From positions 32,001 through 96,000 of the IMG/VR virus record IMGVR_UViG_3300030098_007301: a stretch of DNA of 64,000 nt; one strand, 5' to 3'. Numbering within the stretch: position 1 is the stretch's first letter; the number at the start of each line of letters is the position of its first letter. Under the pieces are notes generated by a model. That model saw nothing but the letters and a program-made list of their open reading frames with translations, was not told the origin of the DNA and ran no database searches. Below are positions 16,821 through 26,744 of this stretch, piece after piece. The translations under genes and the position numbers were made by a program. The DNA is from a virus.

Positions 16821-18035
16821 ATGAATAAAGATCAAGCTCAATCATCAATTAAATCTTTAGCTTTTGAGTTATCAAACTTAACTCCATCAGCGATGGTCAC
16901 TTTATTTGAAATAGATTTATCTGATGTCTTAGATGCCAACTCTATTCCAACTTTAGCCGACGAAGCTTCCGCTATAGGCTTTCCTGATGCGGTTGATAGA
17001 GTATTAAGATTTCACAACAATATTAAAGTATTTAATTCTAAAATTACTTGGAATGGCAATGACTATTACCCTGTTCCTATTCAAGCTACGGGCTTTGAGA
17101 CTTCTAGCAAAGGGACGCTTCCCACCCCTGTCCTAACTATTGCAAGTCAAACCGAAGAAGGTGTCACAATGTTGTCTCTCTTAAAACACCACATTTTAAA
17201 GTATGGAGATATAATTGGAAGCAAGGTTACCCGCAGAAGAACTTTTGCTAAATATTTAGACTGGGTGAACTTTGAATTCGCCACGCAGTCTCCAGCTAAA
17301 AGAGCCTTCTCCCCTCGTATTCAAGAACTACCTGCAGGATACGAACCCGACCCTAATGCGGAACTACCAAAAGATGTTTATTTTATAGAGAGAAAAACGG
17401 GCGAAAATAAAAACACTATACAATATCAATTATCTTCTATTTTAGATTTAGAAGGAGTAAAGATTCCTCGTAGGGTAATAGTAGCCGACAAGTGCAATTG
17501 GCAATACCGCGGTCCGGGCTGTTGGTACCAACACATTGATGAAAGTGAAATTAACTCGTCAGGGAACGCTATCGAGCAAGTCCCTGTTCTACAAAAAGCC
17601 GAGTTAACTACAAAAGAATTCACTCTTCCTAAAGACGCCCCACCTGTCGCTAATGACAAAGACGAATCTATAGTTGGCATCATTGATCATAACGAAGCAA
17701 TCCTAACATCTAATAGAACAGAATGGAAAGCAGACACTACTTATAACAAAGGCGACTATGTTTACATTTTAAAAGATAAAATTAAATATTATTTTGTGGC
17801 AAAAGTTAACATAACCGACGAAGAACAAAACAGGAACAATCCCCCACCTAACACTAATTATTGGGTCGCTGATGTTTGCTCTAAAACTTTAGGCGGGTGT
17901 AGGTTAAGATGGGGAGCAGACAACCCCGGGGCTGCTCCGGGGGCATGCCAAATCGGAGGCCCAGTAACTAATGGAAAAGGAGGCCTGCCTTTTGGAGGAT
18001 TTCCGGCCGCTAGAAAAGTAGCAGGAGGCAGATAA
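16821..18035 (+). CDS. Lambda gpL-like tail tip protein
   Basis: LFEID, YYPVPIQATGFE, KVTRRRTFAKYLD; Cys set CNWQYRGPGC ... DVCSKTLGGCRLR (Fe-S type); LPFGGFP. Confidence 0.92.
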   Translation: MNKDQAQSSIKSLAFELSNLTPSAMVTLFEIDLSDVLDANSIPTLADEASAIGFPDAVDRVLRFHNNIKVFNSKITWNGNDYYPVPIQATGFETSSKGTLPTPVLTIASQTEEGVTMLSLLKHHILKYGDIIGSKVTRRRTFAKYLDWVNFEFATQSPAKRAFSPRIQELPAGYEPDPNAELPKDVYFIERKTGENKNTIQYQLSSILDLEGVKIPRRVIVADKCNWQYRGPGCWYQHIDESEINSSGNAIEQVPVLQKAELTTKEFTLPKDAPPVANDKDESIVGIIDHNEAILTSNRTEWKADTTYNKGDYVYILKDKIKYYFVAKVNITDEEQNRNNPPPNTNYWVADVCSKTLGGCRLRWGADNPGAAPGACQIGGPVTNGKGGLPFGGFPAARKVAGGR

Positions 18036-18036
18036 T

Positions 18037-18765
18037 ATGATATCAGACTTCATAAAAAAAGAGATAAAAGCTCACGCAGAAGAAAACCAAAAAGAAGAAT
18101 CTTGCGGGTTAATTCTTTCAGAGAGTATTGTGAGATGCGCTAACGCTTCAGAAAATCCTGCAAGTCATTTCACTATATCGCCTTTTGATTACTTAAAAGC
18201 TTCGCGCAAAGAAAAGATAAAAGCCGTATACCATACGCACGTTTCGGAAAATAATTATTTTTCAGAAGAAGATAAAAAAATGAGCAGGGGGCATAATTTG
18301 CCTTTTGTTTTATATCATCTAGGGACTAGAAGTTTTTTATGTTTTGACCCTAAAAAAGAAAGAGTAGTTGATATTGATAAAAAATTTGAACTAGGCAAAA
18401 GAGACTGTTATACGCTTGTTAAAGACCATTATAAAAAGCTAGGAATAAAAATCGGAGGAAACAATGACCTCGGAGCAAATTGGCTGAATGAAAACCCTAA
18501 TTTAATTCAAGATCTTTTTAAATTAAATCAGACTTCTTTAGACATAATAGAGATGGAATGGTCTGGAATAGAAATGTTAAAAAGGCATGACGTCATAGTA
18601 TTTGAAATGATAAAAGGAGACGGCCCTTGTCATGTTGGAGTGTATTTAGGAGATGGAATAATGTACCACCATCCTCGAAATAGATTCCCTACTACTGAAA
18701 TGCTAACTCCAGTAATACAAAGAAAAATTTATAAAGTATATAGACACACCCAAATAAATGAATAG
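18037..18765 (+). CDS. Lambda gpK-like tail assembly protein (JAB/MPN plus NlpC/P60)
   Basis: EESCG and JAMM motif HTH-x7-S-x2-D; DCYTLV and HVGVYLGDG..YHH. Confidence 0.92.
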   Translation: MISDFIKKEIKAHAEENQKEESCGLILSESIVRCANASENPASHFTISPFDYLKASRKEKIKAVYHTHVSENNYFSEEDKKMSRGHNLPFVLYHLGTRSFLCFDPKKERVVDIDKKFELGKRDCYTLVKDHYKKLGIKIGGNNDLGANWLNENPNLIQDLFKLNQTSLDIIEMEWSGIEMLKRHDVIVFEMIKGDGPCHVGVYLGDGIMYHHPRNRFPTTEMLTPVIQRKIYKVYRHTQINE

Positions 18766-19519
18766 AGTTCAAGTCACACTACACGGAGTTCTGGCCGACC
18801 AAATAGGACGCAGCCAATGGAGCCTTGTAGCCTCTAATGTAAAAGAAGCTATTAACGGGGTCCAAGCGAACTGTAAAAAACTTTATTCTTACCTGATAGC
18901 TAACGATAAAGAAAAAATAAAATATAGAGTTTTAATTAACGGCGACGATTTTCTTATAGAAGAAGGAAAAAGCCCTAACACTAAAGAAGGACTACAGTCT
19001 TCTCAATTATGCCTTGACCGAATCTCTAACTTAAAAACTATAGATATAATTCCAGTAGTGGAAGGTTCGGACGACTGGTTTGATTGGTTTACAGTGATAT
19101 TAGGAGTTGCTCTAATTTGGGTTGGCGCACCCATGATAGCTACGGCCGGATGGGGAAGTATGTACGGTATGGCTGTCGTTGCAGGTATCGGCCTTGTGGC
19201 AGCAGGAATAACTAATCTACTAACTCCTGATCCAGAATTTGACGACTTTAGAGAAATAGAAGGAGGAGGAAGGCCGCCTTATACGTTTTCGGGGCCTCAA
19301 AACGTAACCAATGAAGGAGGCCCGGTTTTTGTAGGGTACGGAAGGTTGCTTGTCGGCAGTCAAGTCATTCAGGCCGCTACTGATCATTTTAATGAGGACG
19401 CTGGAGTTCCGAAGAATGACGCATGGGGCGATAACCAATATGGATTAAGATATAACATTAATAATATTAATACTAAAGTTAATAATAGAATAAAAGACAT
19501 GCAAAAGGAGATAGAATAA
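18758..19519 (+). CDS. Lambda gpI-like tail assembly protein (ubiquitin-like)
   Basis: VTLHGVL, IDIIPVVEGS, hydrophobic segment, YTFSGPQN and PVFVGYGRLLVGSQVI. Confidence 0.9.
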   Translation: MNRVQVTLHGVLADQIGRSQWSLVASNVKEAINGVQANCKKLYSYLIANDKEKIKYRVLINGDDFLIEEGKSPNTKEGLQSSQLCLDRISNLKTIDIIPVVEGSDDWFDWFTVILGVALIWVGAPMIATAGWGSMYGMAVVAGIGLVAAGITNLLTPDPEFDDFREIEGGGRPPYTFSGPQNVTNEGGPVFVGYGRLLVGSQVIQAATDHFNEDAGVPKNDAWGDNQYGLRYNINNINTKVNNRIKDMQKEIE

Positions 19520-19520
19520 A

Positions 19521-22500
19521 ATGGGAGGATTTGGCGGAGGTGACGAAAGACAGGCTCGGCAAGTAGTAACCGACCAAAGAGGCGTACAATCTGGCGACGC
19601 GCCTAATGAATTAGTTGTATTAGATTCCGACGCGGAGATTATAGATCTGCTAGGAGAAGGGCCTATAGAAGGCATAGTAAGCGGTGTCTATAGTTTTAGC
19701 GGGATAGCTGGATATACTGGATATTTTACGGGCGAAACCTTTACTGCTTATACAGCCACTGGACTGGATGGAAATGGGTCTCCAAGCAGCTCCCCCCAAA
19801 CTACGCTTGGATTTTTAAGGTCTATATATTGGAATAATACTCCCATTGTGGATCAAAATGGATATTATAATTTTACTAACATAAATCTAGAATACTCTAA
19901 AGGCCTACCTGAAGGAAATTTAGCTCAATTAAATAGTAGGCTACCAGCAAGCGAGACTCTAGACTTAACGGTAGAGAGGCAAATCGGTGAGAGGCTTTAC
20001 GGGGTATCAATACAAGGTGGAACAGTTCCATCTGCCACTCAAACCGCAGGGGATTTGGCTGACGACTCAAGAATAGACACTGTAGCTAAAACTTATAGCA
20101 TATTAAATAACGAGTGCACTAAAGCTCAGTTAAGAGTAAGAGTTAGTCAATTATTTGAACAAATTAGAAGCGAGGATGCTCCCAAAGACTTCAAAAAAGG
20201 CAAAAATCCTCCAGCTGTGGGGTATGGAGATATCAAAGCTCGTGAGATAACTTACAATATATATTATCAACCTATTTTTGATTTTTATTCTGATGAAATA
20301 AATGGAGAGCATCCGAAAAACAATTCTTGGACTTTTTTCAAAACTGAAACAATACAAGGACATATAGATCAAATTTATGTTAGATCAACTACTATTGATT
20401 TCTCGGCCGACTACGTAGATCAACCCGGATTCGCAGGTTGGAAAATAAAAGTTATAAGGACTACTCCTGAGTCTTTAACGGCTTATTTAAAAAATGTTTC
20501 TTTTATTGATTCTATAGTAGAAATTTATGGCACGAAACTCCGTTATCCTTATAGCGTTATGGTTTATTCCAAGTTTGATGCTGAATTTTTTAGTCGAGTT
20601 CCGGAAAGATCATACGACACAAAACTGATAAAAGTTAAAATTCCCAATAACTATAACCCAATTTTAAAAACATACGGCAGAAGTGATGCTATTGTTGTTG
20701 GTAATTGGCCTACCGTAACTATAAATACCCAATTAAAAAAAGGTCAGTTAGTATATTTTCGAGGAGGGCAAATTTTAGAAATAGGCGTTGACTACCCAGT
20801 AGGAACTGGAACAATTACTAATGCCAGTACATGGATTAGAGATGGTTGGCAAACTGCATGGGGAGGCTCAGCAATTCTAACGAGTCAAAATAAAGGCCAA
20901 AGACGATACCCTGACGTTACAGGGGAAGTAGGAGCTACAACAGAAGGATGGCTTGGAGTAATCAATGGGCAGAATCATATGGGAACTGCTCCGGATAATT
21001 ACTGGGATGGAGGTTTTAAGGAAATTGAGAGTTGGCAAGCCGGAGCAGATGCCCCAATACCCGGGGCGGGCTCTATAATTGAAAAAAGATGGACAGACAA
21101 CCCAGCTTGGTGTTTTTACGATTTAATCACAAACCCTCGTTATGGGTTGGGGGATTTTGTAGATTCTAGTTTTGTAGATAAATGGGCTTTATATGAAATA
21201 GCTCAATATTGCGACGGGTTAGTTCCAGATGGAGCAGGAGGAGTTGAACCGAGGTTCACAATGAATCACATAATTACTTCTCGCGAGGAAGCTTATAAAG
21301 TTATAAATGATTTGTCTTCTATATTTAGAGGCATTGTCTATTATGCTAACGGGCTAGTATATGCTGTCCAAGATGCATTCAAGACCGCTCTTTACCAATT
21401 CAATAATGCTAATGTAGTAAACGGCGATTTTAACTATTCTTCTTCTGCTAAAAAAGCTCGCCATAGCGTCGCTGTTATTCGTTATATTGATAAATTTAAT
21501 CTTTATAACCCAAGCGTAGAGTACGTAGAAAACGAGGAATCCGTAAAAAGATATGGAATTAGACAAATAGAAACTACTGCGCTGGGGTGCACTAGTCGAG
21601 GTCAAGCTAGACGCTTTGGTGAATGGCTATTGGCTAGCGAGGCCCAAGAAACCGAAAGCGTTACCTTTAATGTAGGTCAGGACGGCGCTTACTTACGGCC
21701 CGGAGACATTGTTCAAATTTATGACCAATTTAGAACTCCTTTAAATTTTAGAGGTAGGACTAACGCTGTAACTCCTCTAGCTACGGCTCCTTCTAATATT
21801 ACTTATCCTTACCCAACGGCTGCAGGAACCGCACATCCCGTTACAGGTAATAGCGTTATTATTGATGGCCCAGTTTCTTTTACAAAAGAACAAGTCTATA
21901 AATTCTCATTGCTAACTCCAACTTACAATTATGAGTCTACTGGTATTACAAACTTAAATTCTGATGATGAAATAAGAAGAAGCAGTGTTCAGAATTTATA
22001 TTTCTTAGGTAACCATACTAGAACTATTTCTGGATACTATAACTCAGATTACCAAGAAGGCGGTAGCGGCATAGTTACGCAAATTTATTTTCACACAGGG
22101 CTAAGGCTCTCTGACGGGAATGCAATTGGAACGGGTAACCAACTTGATTTTGATAATTATGTCATCACCGGATATACAAATGAATACGTCAATGGATCAA
22201 CAGTTCAAGATTATTCAGGGGGCTGTTTTTCAGGCGCTAATCTAGTCTGGAGTGCGGAAGTTAATGATCCAGCAAGCGGCGAATACGTTAGCGGTCACTT
22301 TTCTAATTTTAGAATTATTAACGTAACTGAAAATGATGATTCCGCAAGTTATGCTATTTCAGCTTTAGCGTATTCAACAGGCAAATACGATGAAGTAGAA
22401 AATAGACTCGCTTTTGAAAATATAAGTATAGATGACGTCCCATTATGGCCGCATCAAGTGCATACTAGCGCTCCCAAAACTGGAGTTAATGAATTTGCCT

Positions 22501-25500
22501 CTATTATACTTGCTAGCCCTAACGATAACAATAAGGAACAAGAAAAACTGTTTGGACAATATTCAACTTTTGAAGTTAGGGTGCCTCAAGTCTCTACTCA
22601 ATTAAAAATTGGAACCGAACAAAAAGCTGGAGTTACCTCTCATTATATCAACACTAATGAAAAATATACTCTCCCTAAAAGGATGAGTTATCAGGTTTGT
22701 GTTTTTGAACAAGAAACTTTAGGGAACGGATTTGGCGATTCAAATCTAGCTTTAAGCAATACTTTATTTACAGTAGGAGGAGCTAAAGTCAATACTATTT
22801 TCCACGAGGTTTCTGATGCCAATTATAAAGAACTTTATAGGCCATACGCCCTCTATACGATGGATGGAGACCCAAGTAAAAAAGCTTCTAGCGACGGCTT
22901 TGCAAATGATCAAGTTGGATCAGATATAGGAGCCAGATTTTTCCTTGAAAGGCTTTTGACTAAAGATACTAACTATTGGTTTGCAGTTTTTGCATTTAAC
23001 AACTTCACCCGTTCTCGCCATGCTATTGTTGGCTTAATTTTAGGCTCTGACTACGTAGACACTAATAATTATTTTGCAAGTAATCCGAGCCTGTTAGAAA
23101 AAAATAAAATACCCAAAGAAGAAAATTTTAATCTTATTCAAGGTATTGATATAGAGAGTTTGACCTCTCCTGATTTACTTTCAGCAGCCGACAGTAGCAA
23201 AATTAATGACTTAAATGGGACAGAGCCAGTCTTCAATTGGAATACTAGTAACGAATTAGATTTTAGAGATGACTTTAATAAGCCGCTTCCTATGCCTGTT
23301 GGGCAACAATACCGTATTACTATAAGAAATAATGGAGGGGTCGCCCCATCGGACCACAATCCAGCTTCTAACATATTTGTGGAAATAACGGGGTATGACC
23401 AACCAGATACCGCTGCAGGGTTTGCGTTTATACATGAATACAACAGTCCTCATGTTATTTCTAATTTAGCTGACACCTTACTAACCAATAACGATGTAGT
23501 GGGTTATAAATTAGACGGCACTACGACGACTGACGGCAACAAGGCTACATGGTTAAGAGTAGATAAGAGTGGTATAATATTTAGAAATACTCCCAATAAT
23601 TTTCCATTAAGAGAATTTGATCTTGTTGTGGAAGCGCATGATGGGCTAGGCAGGACCAGCGCCGGAAACCAAATATGGAATAATACAATTAGAGGTGAAG
23701 ATACTAGCAACAACTATTCTGAAGACGATAAAGGCAAAGACGGATACGACTTTTTAAGTTGTAGTATAGGAATACCAAGTGGAGTTGTTTTTGCCCAGTA
23801 CGACAGATTCCCCGATCAAAATAGAGTAGATGATTATAGTTTTATAACGCAAGGCCAAGCTCACTTAAGGAAATACCCATATCTTGCAACCGCTGATGTT
23901 TATACTAACGGCGAACTGCATTTAAAGATGACTACTTCTCAAGATGCGGCCGGAAATACAATATTAACTGAAGAAGAATTAAGAAATGCATTTCCAGATG
24001 TCAGAGGCTTGGTCTATTATTATTCTACCGGCGACAATTCGACTAAAGACTCTGAGGCTAAGAACGGGCTTGTTATTTTTGAACCCAATAATAAAGCTCC
24101 ATCCTTCACAATGCAGCCGGATGAAATAGCAGGATCAAAAAATTTCGGATTACAAGGTAATGTTAAATTTACTACAGACAGCTCTAATGGTAAATATCCA
24201 GACGCTTCATCGCCTGCGCTAACAGATGGCAATGCACCGGATAATGTAACAGTCTATAGATACTATCATCTTTTTGATTCCTCTACTAATCCTGCTAATA
24301 TTGTTATTCCGTTTCCTAAAATAGCAGCAAGCAATGTACAAAACATTTATCTTGCAGTTGGATTATTTGATACGCTTTCTTATTTAGAGCATTTTAATTC
24401 AGATAATACGCCAAAAACAAAAACAGTAACTCCGGGCAATACGGCTAAAACTACTACAACTATGGATATACCGGGAGTCACAATAGCTTTTGATGGCAGT
24501 CGACAAGAGGTGAGTCAAGTTGTTCCTACTATACTATTAGAGCAAAAGATTAATTTTTCTACTTATCCTACAAAAATCTGGGATGAAAATGATAACGACA
24601 AACCTGTTGAGTGGACTTATCCTAACTCTAATTTTGCTGCCGCAAAGGGAACCCCAATTTTCCTCAAAGAGAGCAGTCTTCAAACTAAAGGCCAGTCAGC
24701 TTTAGCTTTTAGAGCTTGGTGGGATGTTACTCTCGACCCCGGAGAGGCTGGTCTTTTTATGGATTTCAGCGCTACATCAAATGGTACACCTGTATATAGA
24801 GGGCCTCATAAGAAGTTAGCAGCACCTAATTCTGATGGCGATTTAGTAGTGCAATACGTTAATAAAAATAAATTCAAAGGAATAGCTAAAATAGATTTCG
24901 AAGTCACGGATTCGTGGAAATACGGAAACAGTGGAAAGTTCCGCCAACTTGTCTCAGGGTTTTTAAAGATTTATTTCGCGCAAAAGCAAGAACAGGAAAA
25001 ATATACTGTTGATGTTGAGTTTAAACAAGCTAATAGCGTTACTTCTAAAGGAGAAATAGTTAAATTAACTGATGGCCAAAATGAAACCAACACGAATCCT
25101 AACGAAAGAGATTTCGTGACTAATGATTATCCACTTGAACAATGCAAGTTAGTAGAAAAATCCAGCGAATACGTTAAATTTTACCTGTCTCCCTTCTTTA
25201 TAAAAGGAACAGATAATAAACTTGCAAATAGAATGGACAATGGAGAGCTTTTCTGGCAAGTTAACTGGCAGCTTCTTGATAACGTCACGAAAATAAACAC
25301 AGGGACAGGTAGTACTGCTTATAATGCAGCACTAGCCGCCACAACAAAAGCCGGAACCGGGAAAAGAATATGGTTTAATGAACGTGAAAATGATCACTGT
25401 TGGTCCAACCCCCACAAAATCAAACAATATATACCCTTCCGCGAATTGGCGAATAACGAGTTTGTGAATGTGACACTCGTAGTAGATGCAGGAGACCTTG

Positions 25501-25862
25501 GCGGATATAGACGTCCTTGCAAATTAACTTTTAAATTAAATTCCGGTTTCTATAGTTCTAGCAACAACAGTTTAGTAAAAAAGGCTTGGCCGATAAATGG
25601 ATCTTTTAACATCTCCGTGCATAAATTCGTAGATGCCACTAGTACAGAATTTTATATAGCAAACAGCATAACAAGCAGGTACGGAACGCTAAATATAACC
25701 TACGGAAGCCCTAACAGCCCCCTTGACCCAGTTGGGTTAGAGAAAGACGTGGGAGAGGCTAAAGGAAGTATAAACGATAAGCGTACAAACTTTGCAGGCA
25801 ACATCATCAAAATAAAAGGCGGAATCCTACAAACTGATACTTTTGACGTTGTCCCTAGATAG
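19521..25862 (+). CDS. Lambda gpJ-like central tail tip / host-specificity protein (2113 aa)
   Basis: DLLGEGPIEG, WTDNPAWCFYDLITNPRYGLG, EPRFT, GCTSRGQARRFGEW and LRPGDIVQI. Confidence 0.93.
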   Translation: MGGFGGGDERQARQVVTDQRGVQSGDAPNELVVLDSDAEIIDLLGEGPIEGIVSGVYSFSGIAGYTGYFTGETFTAYTATGLDGNGSPSSSPQTTLGFLRSIYWNNTPIVDQNGYYNFTNINLEYSKGLPEGNLAQLNSRLPASETLDLTVERQIGERLYGVSIQGGTVPSATQTAGDLADDSRIDTVAKTYSILNNECTKAQLRVRVSQLFEQIRSEDAPKDFKKGKNPPAVGYGDIKAREITYNIYYQPIFDFYSDEINGEHPKNNSWTFFKTETIQGHIDQIYVRSTTIDFSADYVDQPGFAGWKIKVIRTTPESLTAYLKNVSFIDSIVEIYGTKLRYPYSVMVYSKFDAEFFSRVPERSYDTKLIKVKIPNNYNPILKTYGRSDAIVVGNWPTVTINTQLKKGQLVYFRGGQILEIGVDYPVGTGTITNASTWIRDGWQTAWGGSAILTSQNKGQRRYPDVTGEVGATTEGWLGVINGQNHMGTAPDNYWDGGFKEIESWQAGADAPIPGAGSIIEKRWTDNPAWCFYDLITNPRYGLGDFVDSSFVDKWALYEIAQYCDGLVPDGAGGVEPRFTMNHIITSREEAYKVINDLSSIFRGIVYYANGLVYAVQDAFKTALYQFNNANVVNGDFNYSSSAKKARHSVAVIRYIDKFNLYNPSVEYVENEESVKRYGIRQIETTALGCTSRGQARRFGEWLLASEAQETESVTFNVGQDGAYLRPGDIVQIYDQFRTPLNFRGRTNAVTPLATAPSNITYPYPTAAGTAHPVTGNSVIIDGPVSFTKEQVYKFSLLTPTYNYESTGITNLNSDDEIRRSSVQNLYFLGNHTRTISGYYNSDYQEGGSGIVTQIYFHTGLRLSDGNAIGTGNQLDFDNYVITGYTNEYVNGSTVQDYSGGCFSGANLVWSAEVNDPASGEYVSGHFSNFRIINVTENDDSASYAISALAYSTGKYDEVENRLAFENISIDDVPLWPHQVHTSAPKTGVNEFASIILASPNDNNKEQEKLFGQYSTFEVRVPQVSTQLKIGTEQKAGVTSHYINTNEKYTLPKRMSYQVCVFEQETLGNGFGDSNLALSNTLFTVGGAKVNTIFHEVSDANYKELYRPYALYTMDGDPSKKASSDGFANDQVGSDIGARFFLERLLTKDTNYWFAVFAFNNFTRSRHAIVGLILGSDYVDTNNYFASNPSLLEKNKIPKEENFNLIQGIDIESLTSPDLLSAADSSKINDLNGTEPVFNWNTSNELDFRDDFNKPLPMPVGQQYRITIRNNGGVAPSDHNPASNIFVEITGYDQPDTAAGFAFIHEYNSPHVISNLADTLLTNNDVVGYKLDGTTTTDGNKATWLRVDKSGIIFRNTPNNFPLREFDLVVEAHDGLGRTSAGNQIWNNTIRGEDTSNNYSEDDKGKDGYDFLSCSIGIPSGVVFAQYDRFPDQNRVDDYSFITQGQAHLRKYPYLATADVYTNGELHLKMTTSQDAAGNTILTEEELRNAFPDVRGLVYYYSTGDNSTKDSEAKNGLVIFEPNNKAPSFTMQPDEIAGSKNFGLQGNVKFTTDSSNGKYPDASSPALTDGNAPDNVTVYRYYHLFDSSTNPANIVIPFPKIAASNVQNIYLAVGLFDTLSYLEHFNSDNTPKTKTVTPGNTAKTTTTMDIPGVTIAFDGSRQEVSQVVPTILLEQKINFSTYPTKIWDENDNDKPVEWTYPNSNFAAAKGTPIFLKESSLQTKGQSALAFRAWWDVTLDPGEAGLFMDFSATSNGTPVYRGPHKKLAAPNSDGDLVVQYVNKNKFKGIAKIDFEVTDSWKYGNSGKFRQLVSGFLKIYFAQKQEQEKYTVDVEFKQANSVTSKGEIVKLTDGQNETNTNPNERDFVTNDYPLEQCKLVEKSSEYVKFYLSPFFIKGTDNKLANRMDNGELFWQVNWQLLDNVTKINTGTGSTAYNAALAATTKAGTGKRIWFNERENDHCWSNPHKIKQYIPFRELANNEFVNVTLVVDAGDLGGYRRPCKLTFKLNSGFYSSSNNSLVKKAWPINGSFNISVHKFVDATSTEFYIANSITSRYGTLNITYGSPNSPLDPVGLEKDVGEAKGSINDKRTNFAGNIIKIKGGILQTDTFDVVPR

Positions 25863-25877
25863 AGATATAATTAATAA

Positions 25878-26744
25878 ATGCATTCTACATCTTTTTCAGG
25901 GAGCATAAAGAACGGAAGTAAGGAACTCTATTCTTCTACTAATTTTATGGTAACAACACCAAACGGGTGTTACGTAAAAATTGGAAGAAACGAGGTCTTT
26001 TACCAAGTAGAATCATCGCGAACCTTACAATTAAAAAAGAAATTTAAATGTTATGGCGATCATATAATTTTAAAAGGAGACTATTCCGCTCAAATATCTG
26101 AAGGAGATTCAGCTAAATTATATTTCTCCGAAAAAGAATTAGTTTACGTTAGCGAAATAGTAAAAAACAAAAAAGATAGTGTTTTCGGCGAGATTTTCAC
26201 ATTAGAGGGAGGGAATTTATCCAGCTCCCAAAATAACCTAACAGGTTCGGCCGCTAAAATAAAAGTCACCGCGGTCAATAAAGAAAAAGAAATACAAGAA
26301 ACCTTAATATATGAAGGAGGAGGCTATTTAAATCCCCCCGAAAACCCCGTAACAGCAGTCAACGAATCAGGACAACGGATTCAATTAAATCTTGAGTTTG
26401 ATAACGCCGCCGAAAGCTCCTTATTTGAAAGAGACTTTAGACTAGTAGATTTTAAAGACGGCGAAACACGACTAGATATGTCTTACAATTTCCCTAAGCC
26501 TATAACTGAAGGGGAACTAATTTTATCTAAAAAAATTATAGTATTAGAAAGAGAATACTCAGGTAAGACAGTATTTAATGTACCGTGCCAAACCAGCTCA
26601 GATTTTTCGCCGATCAATAGCATCCCTCTAATGCCTCCCTATTGCGTAGCTCCTCATGCAATTTATAATAAAGCAATGGAAACAATAGATAAAAAGCTAC
26701 AAGAAATGAATCTTGAAATAGCTAAATTAAAACAGCGCCGTTAG
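25878..26744 (+). CDS. Hypothetical tail-associated protein (288 aa)
   Basis: Follows J; convergent with the TMP, with a 4-nt stop overlap. Confidence 0.7.
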   Translation: MHSTSFSGSIKNGSKELYSSTNFMVTTPNGCYVKIGRNEVFYQVESSRTLQLKKKFKCYGDHIILKGDYSAQISEGDSAKLYFSEKELVYVSEIVKNKKDSVFGEIFTLEGGNLSSSQNNLTGSAAKIKVTAVNKEKEIQETLIYEGGGYLNPPENPVTAVNESGQRIQLNLEFDNAAESSLFERDFRLVDFKDGETRLDMSYNFPKPITEGELILSKKIIVLEREYSGKTVFNVPCQTSSDFSPINSIPLMPPYCVAPHAIYNKAMETIDKKLQEMNLEIAKLKQRR

